From positions 1-64,000 of IMG/VR virus record IMGVR_UViG_3300014911_000001: DNA of 64,000 bases; one strand, 5' to 3'. The notes beneath the pieces were generated by a model. The model did no database searches. It saw only the letters and a program-made list of their open reading frames with translations, and had not been told where the DNA came from. This document shows, piece by piece, positions 9,254 to 19,738 of this stretch (position 1 is its first letter; the number at the start of each line of letters is the position of its first letter). A program made the position numbers and the translations under genes. Source of the DNA: a virus.

Positions 9254-9657
9254 ATTCAATAACAATCGTTGGTACCATTGCTAGCAAGATAATGCATACA
9301 AATGGTCAATATGGTTGTTACCTGAAGGATGATGATAACCTGTTTTACATCTGGATGAGTGAGGGTATTATAAAGAGGGTGAAGGCCGGGTCTATATTGA
9401 ACAAGGGCACCGAGGTTTTTATTATAGGGCGTGTAATACATACATTTAATAAGAATGGCAAGACGATCATTGCTGTCGGCGCCTATAAGCTACAACCCCT
9501 TGCATCAGTTGCTCTTAAGAACAGCATTGTATCTCCCAGTAAACCAAAAAAGAAGAAGGAAGAGAAAAAAATTGTTGAAGATGAGGATGGAAATGATATA
9601 ATACCTGTTAATGTCAGGGATATATTAAATGGTCAATTTGAAGGAGAGGAAGCCTGA
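9250..9657 (+). CDS. ssb: Single-stranded DNA-binding protein (OB fold)
   Basis: MNSITIVGTI, LNKGTEVFIIGRV, charged tail. Confidence 0.7.
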   Translation: MNSITIVGTIASKIMHTNGQYGCYLKDDDNLFYIWMSEGIIKRVKAGSILNKGTEVFIIGRVIHTFNKNGKTIIAVGAYKLQPLASVALKNSIVSPSKPKKKKEEKKIVEDEDGNDIIPVNVRDILNGQFEGEEA

Positions 9658-9959
9658 TGGAAGTTGGGAAGATTTTATCTGCCTTTGTTAACAGAACAAG
9701 TGATGAGAAATACCAATTTCTGAAGAATGAGTTTGGTACATTACTAAAGTCGAATAAGGAACAAATTCCACAGGATGTATTGGATCTTTTATTCGCTGTA
9801 ACATATTATATACGTATTAACCCTACCCTTCTGCGAGGGCTTTCATATGTAGAATCATTAGTCAAGGCCGGCTTCAAGAATCCACGTCTCGATGAGCTAA
9901 AGGATTCTATTGCAGAGGCACATAAAATTGCCCGTGAGATATTCATTTCAACAGACTAA
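9657..9959 (+). CDS. Hypothetical protein
   Basis: TGATG coupling. Confidence 0.7.
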   Translation: MEVGKILSAFVNRTSDEKYQFLKNEFGTLLKSNKEQIPQDVLDLLFAVTYYIRINPTLLRGLSYVESLVKAGFKNPRLDELKDSIAEAHKIAREIFISTD

Positions 9960-9972
9960 ATAAGGAGAGAAG

Positions 9973-10395
9973 ATGAGCAAAGAAAATATAAAAGCACTTA
10001 AGAAGTCATTAAGGAAGCGCATTGAATCACATGTTGATTATTTGCAGAGGACTTATGGTGATCTTTTACACACCAATGAGGTCTGCGCAATATGTGGAAT
10101 CCTGCATGATACAATGACCTTTATTGCGGATATTGCAACGGAGATTGGTAAACTTGATGCTGATGAACAGCGCGTTGTATTAGTCAATTTAATAGTGTCA
10201 TGCATAAAGCTTAAAGGCATGAAAAAGGTATTAGTTATACCAATAAAGATGGGTTTATCCTTCCTGTTTAAGACACTTCGCTTAACAGAGATCGAGATAC
10301 CTGAGAAGCAGGCGAAGATGATAATGTCCATATATGGTATGCTCTTTATGATGGTCTCAATGGTTAAGGCAAAGGTTTGTGATGGAAAACAATAA
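9973..10395 (+). CDS. Hypothetical protein
   Basis: AAGGAG RBS. Confidence 0.7.
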   Translation: MSKENIKALKKSLRKRIESHVDYLQRTYGDLLHTNEVCAICGILHDTMTFIADIATEIGKLDADEQRVVLVNLIVSCIKLKGMKKVLVIPIKMGLSFLFKTLRLTEIEIPEKQAKMIMSIYGMLFMMVSMVKAKVCDGKQ

Positions 10396-10555
10396 GAAGA
10401 CAAAGCCAATAGCTATTGGTATTGAAGAAATGCCATTGTACAGATCCTACCTTGATCATTATTTTATGCAGTTTTACCAGTTGATGGAATCCTTCAAGAA
10501 ATGGTTTTGTAATCTATCGGAATACCTTGGGAAGGTTGATTGGTACTATCATTAA
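10382..10555 (+). CDS. Small hypothetical protein (57 aa, MENNKKTK...)
   Basis: Manually read ORF that fills the gap to the convergent sigma gene. Confidence 0.45.
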   Translation: MENNKKTKPIAIGIEEMPLYRSYLDHYFMQFYQLMESFKKWFCNLSEYLGKVDWYYH

Positions 10556-11259
10556 GCCGCCGGCTCATCAATGATAATCGTCCCGTCAATAATCCATTCT
10601 TCAAGCTTATGAGCTTCATCAATACTCAAACCATAACCAATGCAGAACCCATGTTTACCCATTAATAGCGTTGATCTGATGAAGGCGAAAACGGTTGGAT
10701 CAAGATTCTCTTCCATTATGCTAAGAACTTTACTTCCCACATCTGGTGGAGATAATTCTCTATGCGTATCAATATCCTCATCTATTGGGATAAATCCATC
10801 CTTGGCAAGTTTGACGGCTTTACTTAGTGCTGATTCATCATCGTCGAGATCAATATTAGCCTCTGTTGTACCTGGTAATGCGATAAAGTATCCGCTTCTT
10901 GTTATAGCTCGTCTGATAGCTTTTCTGACATTGTAAAATACGACAGAGCTAAATGTACTTCCTTGTTCACACCTCCATGTTCTGATAGCATTATGTAGTC
11001 CTATGATAGCAATGTCATACATCTCTTGGCGCTCAAATGGTGCCCAGTGAAAATAGTTTGTGATGATATCAACAATCAGTTTATGTGAACGCCTTATAAG
11101 CTCTTGGAAGATGCTGTCATAAAGAGGTTGCGTATCGTCGATTTTAGTGATAAGCGCCAGCTCATCAGTTTCAAGCCAGCGGAAAGCAGTTGCATATTCT
11201 TCAAATGATGCATAATCATATGTAGTGCGGGTTGTTGTTTGGTTTTCAATCTCTATCAT
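10552..11259 (-). CDS. RNA polymerase sigma-70-family factor
   Basis: Region 2-like ERQEMYDIAIIGLHNAIRTW..EQGSTFSSVVFYNVRKAIRRAI...IALP; divergent region 4. Confidence 0.8.
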   Translation of the reverse strand: MIEIENQTTTRTTYDYASFEEYATAFRWLETDELALITKIDDTQPLYDSIFQELIRRSHKLIVDIITNYFHWAPFERQEMYDIAIIGLHNAIRTWRCEQGSTFSSVVFYNVRKAIRRAITRSGYFIALPGTTEANIDLDDDESALSKAVKLAKDGFIPIDEDIDTHRELSPPDVGSKVLSIMEENLDPTVFAFIRSTLLMGKHGFCIGYGLSIDEAHKLEEWIIDGTIIIDEPAA

Positions 11260-11594
11260 GATATGATTTTTATTGTTGCTTCTATGTTATATTGAGTGTT
11301 TTTAAGGTCTGTATCTTTGCTGGGAAGCATATATAGGATAAGCTCGCCGTCGGGCTTATAGGTAATAGCTTTAAATGGACTGTTATCTAATAACCATGTA
11401 TTACCTGATTCATATTCATTGTGCGCCAACAGGTATGCAAGAACTAATTGTTTTTTTGTGTTATTAGGATTTGACACTATTGATTCATATAGTTGCCTAT
11501 AATACTTCATCCTCAGGTAGTAGCGCGTGCTTATAATCACCCCCGCTAATAGTATCGATAAATTCGTCAACAGTAAAATAACCCACGATATCAT
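11256..11594 (-). CDS. Membrane-anchored hypothetical protein
   Basis: N-terminal transmembrane helix. Confidence 0.6.
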   Translation of the reverse strand: MISWVILLLTNLSILLAGVIISTRYYLRMKYYRQLYESIVSNPNNTKKQLVLAYLLAHNEYESGNTWLLDNSPFKAITYKPDGELILYMLPSKDTDLKNTQYNIEATIKIIS

Positions 11595-13005
11595 GTCCTT
11601 CCTCCTGATATGTTTTTATTCTCTTTTTTACTAACCCTTGTAATATCCCATCCTTATCATGATCATGTAGATCGACAATCATCGGTTTACTTTTCCCTGT
11701 CGCGTGTCGGAGGATCCTACCAATAATCTGTACATGCAGTAGCTTGGATGCAAATGGTGTTGCATTGACAAGGCAATCGAGTCTTGGTAGATCAAATCCT
11801 TCCATGATTATTTCAGTGGTTGCTATTATTATCTGCCTAAGCTTAATGCTCTGTCGTTCCTTTTTCTTTCTTTGTGAGTGTATCGCTCCAATATCTTCAG
11901 GATTAACTCCTTCTTGTTTGATGATGTTATCATAGAGCTCATCAACCATTTTCCTCGTCGGTGTTGCAACGATTACATATTTACCTTGTTTATAGAGAGC
12001 CATTATAATGTTTAGAAGCATTCTGAGTCGTTCTCTATCCTTTGTGATACGTGATTTCAGGTGAGCTATTTGTTTACGTGTATCTGAAAGAAATGATGTC
12101 GATGGATATGTGCGCTCCGTATCAACGATATAAACATCAGCGCGCCACAGAGTTGGATCTGTTGCTGATATTAAATCTTTACCGAGAAGCCAATGTACAA
12201 CGGGGAAGAGGCCGTCGGTCCTATATGGTGTTGCTGTTAATCCCAAGCGATATCTTGCTGGTGATAGAAGTACTGTGCGGAAGAACATTGGTGCGGAAAC
12301 ACGATGTACCTCATCAGCTATGAGAAATGGGAAGTGTTGTAGAAGCGGCGCCTTCTTCTCCATATTTCTGAAGAACCATTGATATGTAGCTATCAGGATG
12401 TCAGCATTTTTATAGTTTTTATCCTGAGTGGTTGCTACTTTCACATTCTCAAGAAATCTATGTGCCGTATTGTACCACTGATCTTGGAGTAGTTTTGTGT
12501 GCACCAATACTACTGCACGTTTTTTACAATGTGCTATAAGATAGAGAGCAACAACTGTTTTTCCGGAGCCTGTGCGTGCTTGTATTATGCCACACTTTTT
12601 CTTTAGCCATTGTGAAGCCGCGGCTTCCTGATAATCACGTAACTCTCCATCAAAGCGCACATCCTTAATGTCTGGTGTTGTAATACGTTTATCATAATAT
12701 TTTATGTTATATGTAAGTAGAAGATCCTTCACAGGAGCATAAAGAGGTACAAGTAGATAACCATTTTTGACGGTATAGAATTTTAAGTATTCGGCTTCCC
12801 TAATTTCAGGTATTTTTGTACCCGCCTCCATAGCTGAAATGCCTGTGTAATAAGGGTTCTTAATGATGAAGCGCCGGCTTAATCTGTAATCAAAGGCTAC
12901 CTTGTCCTTGGGGATAGCAAGCAGATTGCTGATAATAATAGCATTCTTTGGCTGATTATAAAACATACTTGTATGAAGGTCTGTAATAGCAATCCATTCA
13001 TCCAT
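11497..13005 (-). CDS. Superfamily 2 helicase (XPB/UvsW-like)
   Basis: LRDYQ, ARTGSGKT, DEVH, GLTATP, EGFDLPRLD, QIIGRILR. Confidence 0.92.
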   Translation of the reverse strand: MDEWIAITDLHTSMFYNQPKNAIIISNLLAIPKDKVAFDYRLSRRFIIKNPYYTGISAMEAGTKIPEIREAEYLKFYTVKNGYLLVPLYAPVKDLLLTYNIKYYDKRITTPDIKDVRFDGELRDYQEAAASQWLKKKCGIIQARTGSGKTVVALYLIAHCKKRAVVLVHTKLLQDQWYNTAHRFLENVKVATTQDKNYKNADILIATYQWFFRNMEKKAPLLQHFPFLIADEVHRVSAPMFFRTVLLSPARYRLGLTATPYRTDGLFPVVHWLLGKDLISATDPTLWRADVYIVDTERTYPSTSFLSDTRKQIAHLKSRITKDRERLRMLLNIIMALYKQGKYVIVATPTRKMVDELYDNIIKQEGVNPEDIGAIHSQRKKKERQSIKLRQIIIATTEIIMEGFDLPRLDCLVNATPFASKLLHVQIIGRILRHATGKSKPMIVDLHDHDKDGILQGLVKKRIKTYQEEGHDIVGYFTVDEFIDTISGGDYKHALLPEDEVL

Positions 13006-13011
13006 TGTGCA

Positions 13012-13656
13012 TTACCTCCGGGATTTAACGCTTACCTGTGCTCCGTTATAGTAGCCGCTTCTCATCGGCAGTATAACAGAGCTATGCTTCACATGCTTAT
13101 GATATGGCTTACTTTGATGGCCTAACTTCACATGAATAATGGTTATGTTATTATTCGGTTCAATAATATAAGGCACCTTGGTTCTCATTAATAAAGCATA
13201 TAGGAGAGGGAATCTATCGTACGGTATGTCAAATTCATTGGGTAGCTGTTTTACTATTTTGCTCTGATATGTTTTCTTCGCAAATGAAATAATGTGTGGA
13301 GGAACAGGAAGACTCTCGTCATTTAAAAGATAGTCAATACATTCATCAGGAGAAACATCTACAACCTCAAAGAGATCCGTTATGTGCCTAATATGGATTG
13401 GTTCCTGATCATTTATATTGATGAGCCTAACTGGGAATGTTCCTTCCAGTCCGTTTTCAAAGTCAGGATAGATTTCATTTATTTGCTTCAAATATGCAGA
13501 CATAGGTAGTGGCAAGACAGTCTTATTAACATATACAGTATCGTATGGGATGCTATACAATTTGTGTATATAACGGCTTTTATAGAAGTCCATGAAGTAA
13601 AATGGCGGTGTTGGATCAAATTTGAATCCCTGTGGTGTTAAATACCATATTTTCAT
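13012..13656 (-). CDS. Hypothetical protein, possibly highly degenerate intein-derived
   Basis: YLTPQGFK near the N-terminus; YYNGAQV near the C-terminus; adjacent to a Hint-like gene. Confidence 0.5.
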   Translation of the reverse strand: MKIWYLTPQGFKFDPTPPFYFMDFYKSRYIHKLYSIPYDTVYVNKTVLPLPMSAYLKQINEIYPDFENGLEGTFPVRLININDQEPIHIRHITDLFEVVDVSPDECIDYLLNDESLPVPPHIISFAKKTYQSKIVKQLPNEFDIPYDRFPLLYALLMRTKVPYIIEPNNNITIIHVKLGHQSKPYHKHVKHSSVILPMRSGYYNGAQVSVKSRR

Positions 13657-13665
13657 AGTTACTCC

Positions 13666-14337
13666 TTATAGGTGGATAAATATTCCTGGTGCTATTATAA
13701 TGGTGTCCTCATCGGTAACAAGGTCGAATACAACACCACTGTAATCTTCAAATATTCTAACCTCTTCAACAGTGCGCACCCAACCATCGAAGTTTGTTCC
13801 TCTCCATTTATGTAAAGCCGGCGGCTTCCTATTATCAGATACAATAGGCTTCAATGTTATCGCAGGTAGTCTATCGCCGCTACGCAGTTCCTTGGCATCA
13901 ACATATGTCCATCCGCCCTGCCTGATAACGCCTACTCCAACATCAGCGGCAATTATGAATGTATTAACCCTTAATGGATCCTCATCTACTGGTTGTTCCA
14001 TGCGCACAGCGACGGCGGCTCCCTTATAGTGACGTATGGTCGCGCGCTTAACATTCTTCTGACAGAGAGCAAGTTTGCGTTGGTGAAGCGCGCCGGTTCT
14101 ATCATATGTTACAACTGTTGTGGCTATATCACTATAGCGCCTTAACATCTCATTTCGCTCGAGATAATCAAGATTCGGATAAAGGACCTCCCATGCAACA
14201 AGACCCTTTGTTTGCTGTATGTAGTTCCATGCATCCCTAAGTGTGGGCGCTGACATGTATTCAGTTACATGTAGGTAACCACCCAACGAAAGGATATAGG
14301 CATCAATTATTTTAAAGGATCTGACAAACATTTTCAC
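13666..14337 (-). CDS. Free-standing degenerate Hint (intein-like) domain protein
   Basis: GGWTYVDAKELRSGDRL and terminal VEEV..YSGVVFDLVTDEDTIIIAPGIFIHL* (blocks F/G, HL instead of HN). Confidence 0.65.
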   Translation of the reverse strand: MKMFVRSFKIIDAYILSLGGYLHVTEYMSAPTLRDAWNYIQQTKGLVAWEVLYPNLDYLERNEMLRRYSDIATTVVTYDRTGALHQRKLALCQKNVKRATIRHYKGAAVAVRMEQPVDEDPLRVNTFIIAADVGVGVIRQGGWTYVDAKELRSGDRLPAITLKPIVSDNRKPPALHKWRGTNFDGWVRTVEEVRIFEDYSGVVFDLVTDEDTIIIAPGIFIHL

Positions 14338-14342
14338 CTCCC

Positions 14343-14585
14343 TTATGAAATAGATTCATCTAATTCACGTATTATTATTAACATATCATCCACGAGTTCT
14401 TTCCTTTTCTTCACTAGATCTCTTAAGCGCCGCTCCAATGAGCTTGCGGACTGTATATCGAGAAGGCGCAATAGAATCCAAAATAGATTGTAAACTAGAT
14501 CGGGCCTTCTTAATTTCCTTGTCAAATTCGATATATTTATCATAACAAGACCTCCTATAGCGACAGTGGTCGCAGATACCGCCAA
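14343..14585 (-). CDS. Hypothetical coiled-coil protein (start uncertain)
   Basis: Its 3' end fills the gap to the next RBS; overlaps the upstream gene. Confidence 0.35.
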   Translation of the reverse strand: MAVSATTVAIGGLVMINISNLTRKLRRPDLVYNLFWILLRLLDIQSASSLERRLRDLVKKRKELVDDMLIIIRELDESIS

Positions 14586-15072
14586 TCATCACAGCTAATC
14601 TGAACGGATATCTCAAGGATGCGTACAGGTAGTCAGTATAATCATTAAAGTTGTCAATAATATATAGATAATTATGACGTTGCACAAGTACTTTTTGTAT
14701 ATCAGCTGCCATATTGAACAGCCAGAGATAGACAGAACCGACTAAGTGAGCAAGACGGAATGATATACCGGGGTTTAATGGAACCCAGATGACATCCTTC
14801 TTTATCGTCGTATAAATAGTTCCTTTGATATTTATAATACTAATTTTATGTCCTTGATAATGTAGAGTAACTTGGTTTGGTAATGGTTTAGATTTAAGTG
14901 AGAGCAAATCATAATGAAGTTTCCGTTCGTCTACATAGCCTTTTGATACATCTTTATAAGGAGATAGGCCTGAGTATATGAAGCCGGGACAGATGAGTTT
15001 ACCAGCAATACTTAGAATCGATAATCTTCGGGGGATTTGTGATTCTACATATGTCCTTGTTGTTTGTTTCAT
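14386..15072 (-). CDS. Cas4/PD-(D/E)XK-like protein, probably inactive
   Basis: LSILS...CPGF N-terminus and GGICDHCRYRRSC C-terminal Cys cluster; no clear catalytic D..ExK. Confidence 0.55.
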   Translation of the reverse strand: MKQTTRTYVESQIPRRLSILSIAGKLICPGFIYSGLSPYKDVSKGYVDERKLHYDLLSLKSKPLPNQVTLHYQGHKISIINIKGTIYTTIKKDVIWVPLNPGISFRLAHLVGSVYLWLFNMAADIQKVLVQRHNYLYIIDNFNDYTDYLYASLRYPFRLAVMIGGICDHCRYRRSCYDKYIEFDKEIKKARSSLQSILDSIAPSRYTVRKLIGAALKRSSEEKERTRG

Positions 15073-17414
15073 ACAACTGGTTCTGATAATTCAAACATTT
15101 CCGTTGTCGAACGGCGGAGCTTATAATGGAGAACCTCTGAGAATCCCGATATTTTATTTTTTCTAACATAGACCTCAACAATAGGATTGATTAGTAATTG
15201 TGTTCCAGATGCCAGTATAAATGGATCTCGTTCCTCCCAAGTGTATTCTTCTGGGGTTGCATCTAACTGTTTAGCAAATCTACTGTCAATGTGTAGGTTG
15301 ATATCGGGTTCGAAGCCGGCCTTCCTCGTATCAGAAAAGTCTGATAAATCCCCGTGTTTCTCCTTGCGTAGCTCCGCTGTTGCAAATACAGGTATGTTGT
15401 AAAACATACTCATTGCTTTAACGGATTTGTAAATGTTTGACATTCGTATGTATTCATTATCTCCTAATCCACCTAAATTGTTAATAGAATCTATAAAGAC
15501 GATAGGATACTGTCCTTCTGCCAATACCTGTTCTATTAATCTGGAAAGAAATTCGACCGTATTGCCGTCGCTTACATCTGTTATGATAATGCGGGATGCC
15601 ATGTTATTCTCAAAGAAGGCGAGGGCTTCCTCGATTCTTTCAACAGCTTCAAGGGCAAAAGCTGATCGTTTTCGCCTGAGTTTGGCATAGTGTCTGATGT
15701 GGTAAATAGGCACAGACGAAAGAATACCAAGTAGGTTCAGGTATACTCGTTTCCGCGAGTCATCAGTTGTATGATAGATTACTGTCGCATCAGGATTGTT
15801 TTTGAGTAACTGAATCATAAGATTCCTGATTAATGAACTTTTCCCTACATGAGGATCACCACCTATAACTGTAAATGATTGTTCCTTACCGATACCATCG
15901 AATTGTAATTTAGCAAATTTCTGCCAGTCAATTTTAAAGTATTCAACTTTTTTAGGGTTTAGGAGGGTTGACTTAAAATCATCGAAGTCTTTAAGTACTG
16001 ATTGTACAAGCGATTTTAATTCGGCATGGTATGACTTTTCTATTTCCTCAATTTGTTGAGCAGCATCCTTAAGCGCGGCTACACGCACTTTATTACTATC
16101 CCCATACTTTATTACATTAGCTAAATTGAATAATAAGCGTTCGACTCGTTTATCACGTTCAACCAGTGCTTGAAGCCGCCGCTTCTTTATCTCCTCCTGT
16201 AACTCCTCAATTGATATATCAACCTTTTCTGAAAGAAACTTTATCCACTTAATCCGTTCAGAGGCTTGTTCTATGGTTGCAATGAAATCTAATATGTCAT
16301 CAAGCTTACCTTTATACTGATCAAATAGATAGCGATAAACAGGGATATTTACCGATGCTTCCTTTATTTCGCGCTTCCATCCTCTCTTGCCTGCAATATT
16401 GAAAAGATACTCATCGGGATCCTTATAATCCTTTGCATGTCCATATGACCAGTCAAATATGTAAAGTGTGCCATAGAGAGGGTAGATGCGATGAACAATG
16501 CTTGGTGTTGCTTTCCTGCCTGCATCATCATTATCAAGCATTAATACGACGCGCTCAAAATCTAACTGTTTAAGAAGACTAACTCGAGTATCGTTTAAAT
16601 GTAGCCCCATCAATGCAACAGCTGGTAATCCGGCATATTCGAGTGTAATCACATCAGCTGGCCCTTCAACAATATAGAGGACGGGCTTTGTCTCACGATT
16701 TACAACATTATGAATATTAAAAAGCGTGCTTGATGGATTGAAGTGCTTACCTTTAGAGGTTAATAAATACTTAGGAGTTTCACCATCCGGTTGCCGTACA
16801 GCAAATCCAACAATATGGGATTTTATGTCCCGTAAAACAAATAATATATTCCCGCGCTTGAAAAACTTATTATACTGTGTATCAAATATATCCTGTATGG
16901 TCTTTAGTTCTTTATCGGTGAATGTTTTTTGGATGTATGACATAAATATATTTTTATCAGGAATAGCATATACATCAAGATCTGTCAGATATTTGAGCTC
17001 ACACCATTTTCTACGAGATAGGATGGCGCGGGCTTCCTCTGTGAATCTTAAGTCACGTAGAACCGAGACAAGCTTATCAAGCAAATAATCTACCGTATTT
17101 TCCTTGCGCTTGTATGTGGATATGTCAATTCCTAGGAACCGTTTTGCAAGTTCCTTTACAGTAGTTGTAATGAACTCAGGTCCGCTTATTGGCATGCCTT
17201 CTATAATATGTGCCAACTTAAATATGTCAAAGTATTCACCACAACGGAAGCAGTAACCTCCTGTATGATCAGCATTCATGTACCCCGATAGATCACGATC
17301 ATTATGAGCATGTTCTTTGTATCTTGGGCATTGGAAGGCACGCCCCTTAACGGTTAACCCAAGAGAGCGAAGGTATTCAGGAAAGAATTGCTTAAGCTTT
17401 TCCTTTAGATCCAT
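15069..17414 (-). CDS. DnaG-type primase-DnaB-type helicase fusion
   Basis: CHC2 zinc finger (CP..H..D...YCFRCG), PKYL, IVEGPADV, LDNDDAG, KDPDE; helicase GGDPHVGKSS, FIDSIN, VRKNK. Confidence 0.92.
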   Translation of the reverse strand: MDLKEKLKQFFPEYLRSLGLTVKGRAFQCPRYKEHAHNDRDLSGYMNADHTGGYCFRCGEYFDIFKLAHIIEGMPISGPEFITTTVKELAKRFLGIDISTYKRKENTVDYLLDKLVSVLRDLRFTEEARAILSRRKWCELKYLTDLDVYAIPDKNIFMSYIQKTFTDKELKTIQDIFDTQYNKFFKRGNILFVLRDIKSHIVGFAVRQPDGETPKYLLTSKGKHFNPSSTLFNIHNVVNRETKPVLYIVEGPADVITLEYAGLPAVALMGLHLNDTRVSLLKQLDFERVVLMLDNDDAGRKATPSIVHRIYPLYGTLYIFDWSYGHAKDYKDPDEYLFNIAGKRGWKREIKEASVNIPVYRYLFDQYKGKLDDILDFIATIEQASERIKWIKFLSEKVDISIEELQEEIKKRRLQALVERDKRVERLLFNLANVIKYGDSNKVRVAALKDAAQQIEEIEKSYHAELKSLVQSVLKDFDDFKSTLLNPKKVEYFKIDWQKFAKLQFDGIGKEQSFTVIGGDPHVGKSSLIRNLMIQLLKNNPDATVIYHTTDDSRKRVYLNLLGILSSVPIYHIRHYAKLRRKRSAFALEAVERIEEALAFFENNMASRIIITDVSDGNTVEFLSRLIEQVLAEGQYPIVFIDSINNLGGLGDNEYIRMSNIYKSVKAMSMFYNIPVFATAELRKEKHGDLSDFSDTRKAGFEPDINLHIDSRFAKQLDATPEEYTWEERDPFILASGTQLLINPIVEVYVRKNKISGFSEVLHYKLRRSTTEMFELSEPVV

Positions 17415-17427
17415 ACCTCTTTTCTCC

Positions 17428-17490
17428 TTGACAAAGGACTAATACCCAATATATTCTATCAATAATATAGGTTAAGAAGGCTTTTTGTCA
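17428..17490. promoter_or_regulatory. Pair of oppositely oriented sigma70-like promoters (TTGACA-N16-TATATT on each strand)
   Basis: + TTGACA at 17428-33; - TTGACA at 17490-85; between divergent genes. Confidence 0.6.
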
Positions 17491-17511
17491 AGTGAAAAGA
17501 GAGGAGAGCAC

Positions 17512-18441
17512 ATGTTAATGGAATTAATCGATCGCTTTTTAGTTGAAGAGGCTATTAAAGATGTTTATAAGCGTGATCCCAATCGTGTGCGTCCTACCGA
17601 AGCATCAGTAAAGATTGATGGTATCGTGTATGGCTCATGTTTAAGATCCGCATGGTATTCATTGAAGCATTTTAAGCCGCGCCCCCCTGATGCACGCGCC
17701 CTTCGTGTGATGGAGGTTGGTAAAGCTCTAGAACAATTAGAAGCGGAACGGTGTCGACGGATGGGCATTCTGGTTGAGAAACCGTTAGATTTTAAGGTAC
17801 CGAACCCACTGGAACCAAATCAAATTATAAGTGGCCGTAAGGATTTTTATGTGCATGTTAACGGTCATGATTATGTAGTAGAATATAAAACTGGCTCTGG
17901 GTATCCCTTTGAGAAGAACGTCATTAAGGGCGGTAAGTCAACAATCGATCATGTATTACAAATAGCGCTATACCTTCATTTTGGAGACATAAAGCGCGGG
18001 CTTCTCGTATACCTTGATAGAGGATATTCGCACTATAAGGAATTTCTTATCTATGTTGATAATGATGGTCACATATATCAAAACAACAAGGGTATTGGTA
18101 TCAAGGTCGATGATATTTTAATGCGTTATAAAGAGCTTTATCAATATGTTACTAAAGGTATATTACCACCGAGGGATTATATTCCCTTCTATACTTATGA
18201 TATGGCAACCGCTGTTAAAGAAGGACTTCAACATGGACGGATCTCGAAATCAATGGTTACTAAGTGGGAGAAGGGGAAGGCGCCGCTTATGGATTGGCAC
18301 TGTCGTTATTGCCCGTTCATTCAGTATTGTATCTTCGATGTAAAGAATCAGGAGGAAGCGGATGAGAAAATTACTGGTTATAATATCGATAATTTTATTT
18401 TTGAATATTATCGCTCCTTCCTTAGCCAGTGCAAGCGTTAG
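17512..18441 (+). CDS. Cas4-like PD-(D/E)XK exonuclease
   Basis: GSCLRSAWY, ISGRKDF, VVEYKTG, QIALY, WHCRYCPFIQYC. Confidence 0.85.
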   Translation: MLMELIDRFLVEEAIKDVYKRDPNRVRPTEASVKIDGIVYGSCLRSAWYSLKHFKPRPPDARALRVMEVGKALEQLEAERCRRMGILVEKPLDFKVPNPLEPNQIISGRKDFYVHVNGHDYVVEYKTGSGYPFEKNVIKGGKSTIDHVLQIALYLHFGDIKRGLLVYLDRGYSHYKEFLIYVDNDGHIYQNNKGIGIKVDDILMRYKELYQYVTKGILPPRDYIPFYTYDMATAVKEGLQHGRISKSMVTKWEKGKAPLMDWHCRYCPFIQYCIFDVKNQEEADEKITGYNIDNFIFEYYRSFLSQCKR

Positions 18442-19738
18442 CTGTAACCTTAATAGAATCTGGTACAATGCTGCTGATGGCCACCATTATATGGAACTCT
18501 TCATTGTCACATTTGATGACACACCTTTTTGTATTTATGATACATTACGTAACCTTTATTATGATCCTATAAATTTTAAATGGCAGTCGGATCGATATGA
18601 TTGTCGTTTTACGGCAGCATTGTACGAAATAAAGATGGTTCCAGGAACCCGGTATACGATTGCAATTGTTGATACAGATTCATTACATACAATATTAAGT
18701 GATTGCATTTTTGATACCTTTGGTGGTGTTTTGGATACATCACCTGTTTACCATGTTGCTGATTCACATTTAGTTAGATATTCCTTAAAGGTGGGGCGTT
18801 CGATATTTGTGTATGATTCAGCGCAGGTTAATAACATTGGAACATGCCCTGTACCTTTCGATACTGTTTTTGCCAAAGCATTTATGATTAAGAACGCGGA
18901 TGGTACATGTACAATGCTTAGACCAAGTAGGAGCAGCAGATTTAGTGCTGTCTTTGCGGGCTTATATTATGACGGGTGGATATGTGGCCGCTGCTATAAA
19001 TTCATTGTACCTTATGATAGTGTTGAATTCCTTGGTGTTGGATTCTCCGCAAGAACGCGTACAGATCCACCGCCTGATGCTATTGAGGCTGAGCAGATGA
19101 AAATTGTAATAAATAATACTGATACAATTTATATTTCCATACCGGGTCCTGCCTTCATGCATAATTTCTTTGATTCGACAATTATGTTACATGAGGATGA
19201 TACAATTGAGATATGCTTTTGCACACCACCGAATAGTAATGCTGATTGCCATTATCGGGATGCACAGGTACTATTATTTGGTAACATTTATGGTTATGCA
19301 TCAGTCATAAGAACAGAGATGTTTTTCATTGCATCGGGGATACCAGATCTAGAATTTAATCCTATGATGTTTGTTACAGATCCAATGGGCGCGGGGCCTC
19401 TTGTGATAACAATGCGCTGGATTAAATCATATTATGATGAAATGGGAGATTATCCAACTTATAATAGCTTATACAACATCATAAGTTTTTTGTATAGATT
19501 AACACCAGATGAATTCGATTTGAAAATAATGTCCTCGAGGCATTTGCTTACCAATAATACGAAACAGCTCCATACATATGGGATGATTCCATCAACAGTG
19601 ATTTATGGTTCAATTGATGGTGATTATGACCTCTATGTGTCTGGTGATGAATACATAAGACCATATGCCCCTGTTATCATAGCACCAAAGGTTAATACTA
19701 CTAGGCCGCCGATGGCAGCACTATTTATGGGATACTGA
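18362..19738 (+). CDS. Secreted Cys-rich protein 1
   Basis: Signal MRKLLVIISIILFLNIIAPSLASA; GGAGG RBS; many D[ST]x motifs. Confidence 0.75.
   Translation: MRKLLVIISIILFLNIIAPSLASASVSCNLNRIWYNAADGHHYMELFIVTFDDTPFCIYDTLRNLYYDPINFKWQSDRYDCRFTAALYEIKMVPGTRYTIAIVDTDSLHTILSDCIFDTFGGVLDTSPVYHVADSHLVRYSLKVGRSIFVYDSAQVNNIGTCPVPFDTVFAKAFMIKNADGTCTMLRPSRSSRFSAVFAGLYYDGWICGRCYKFIVPYDSVEFLGVGFSARTRTDPPPDAIEAEQMKIVINNTDTIYISIPGPAFMHNFFDSTIMLHEDDTIEICFCTPPNSNADCHYRDAQVLLFGNIYGYASVIRTEMFFIASGIPDLEFNPMMFVTDPMGAGPLVITMRWIKSYYDEMGDYPTYNSLYNIISFLYRLTPDEFDLKIMSSRHLLTNNTKQLHTYGMIPSTVIYGSIDGDYDLYVSGDEYIRPYAPVIIAPKVNTTRPPMAALFMGY

Noticed and set aside
14386-18441. Cas4-like genes as part of a CRISPR-Cas system
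   Set aside because: No cas1/cas2, effector genes or array; solo Cas4-like nucleases are common in viral replication modules.
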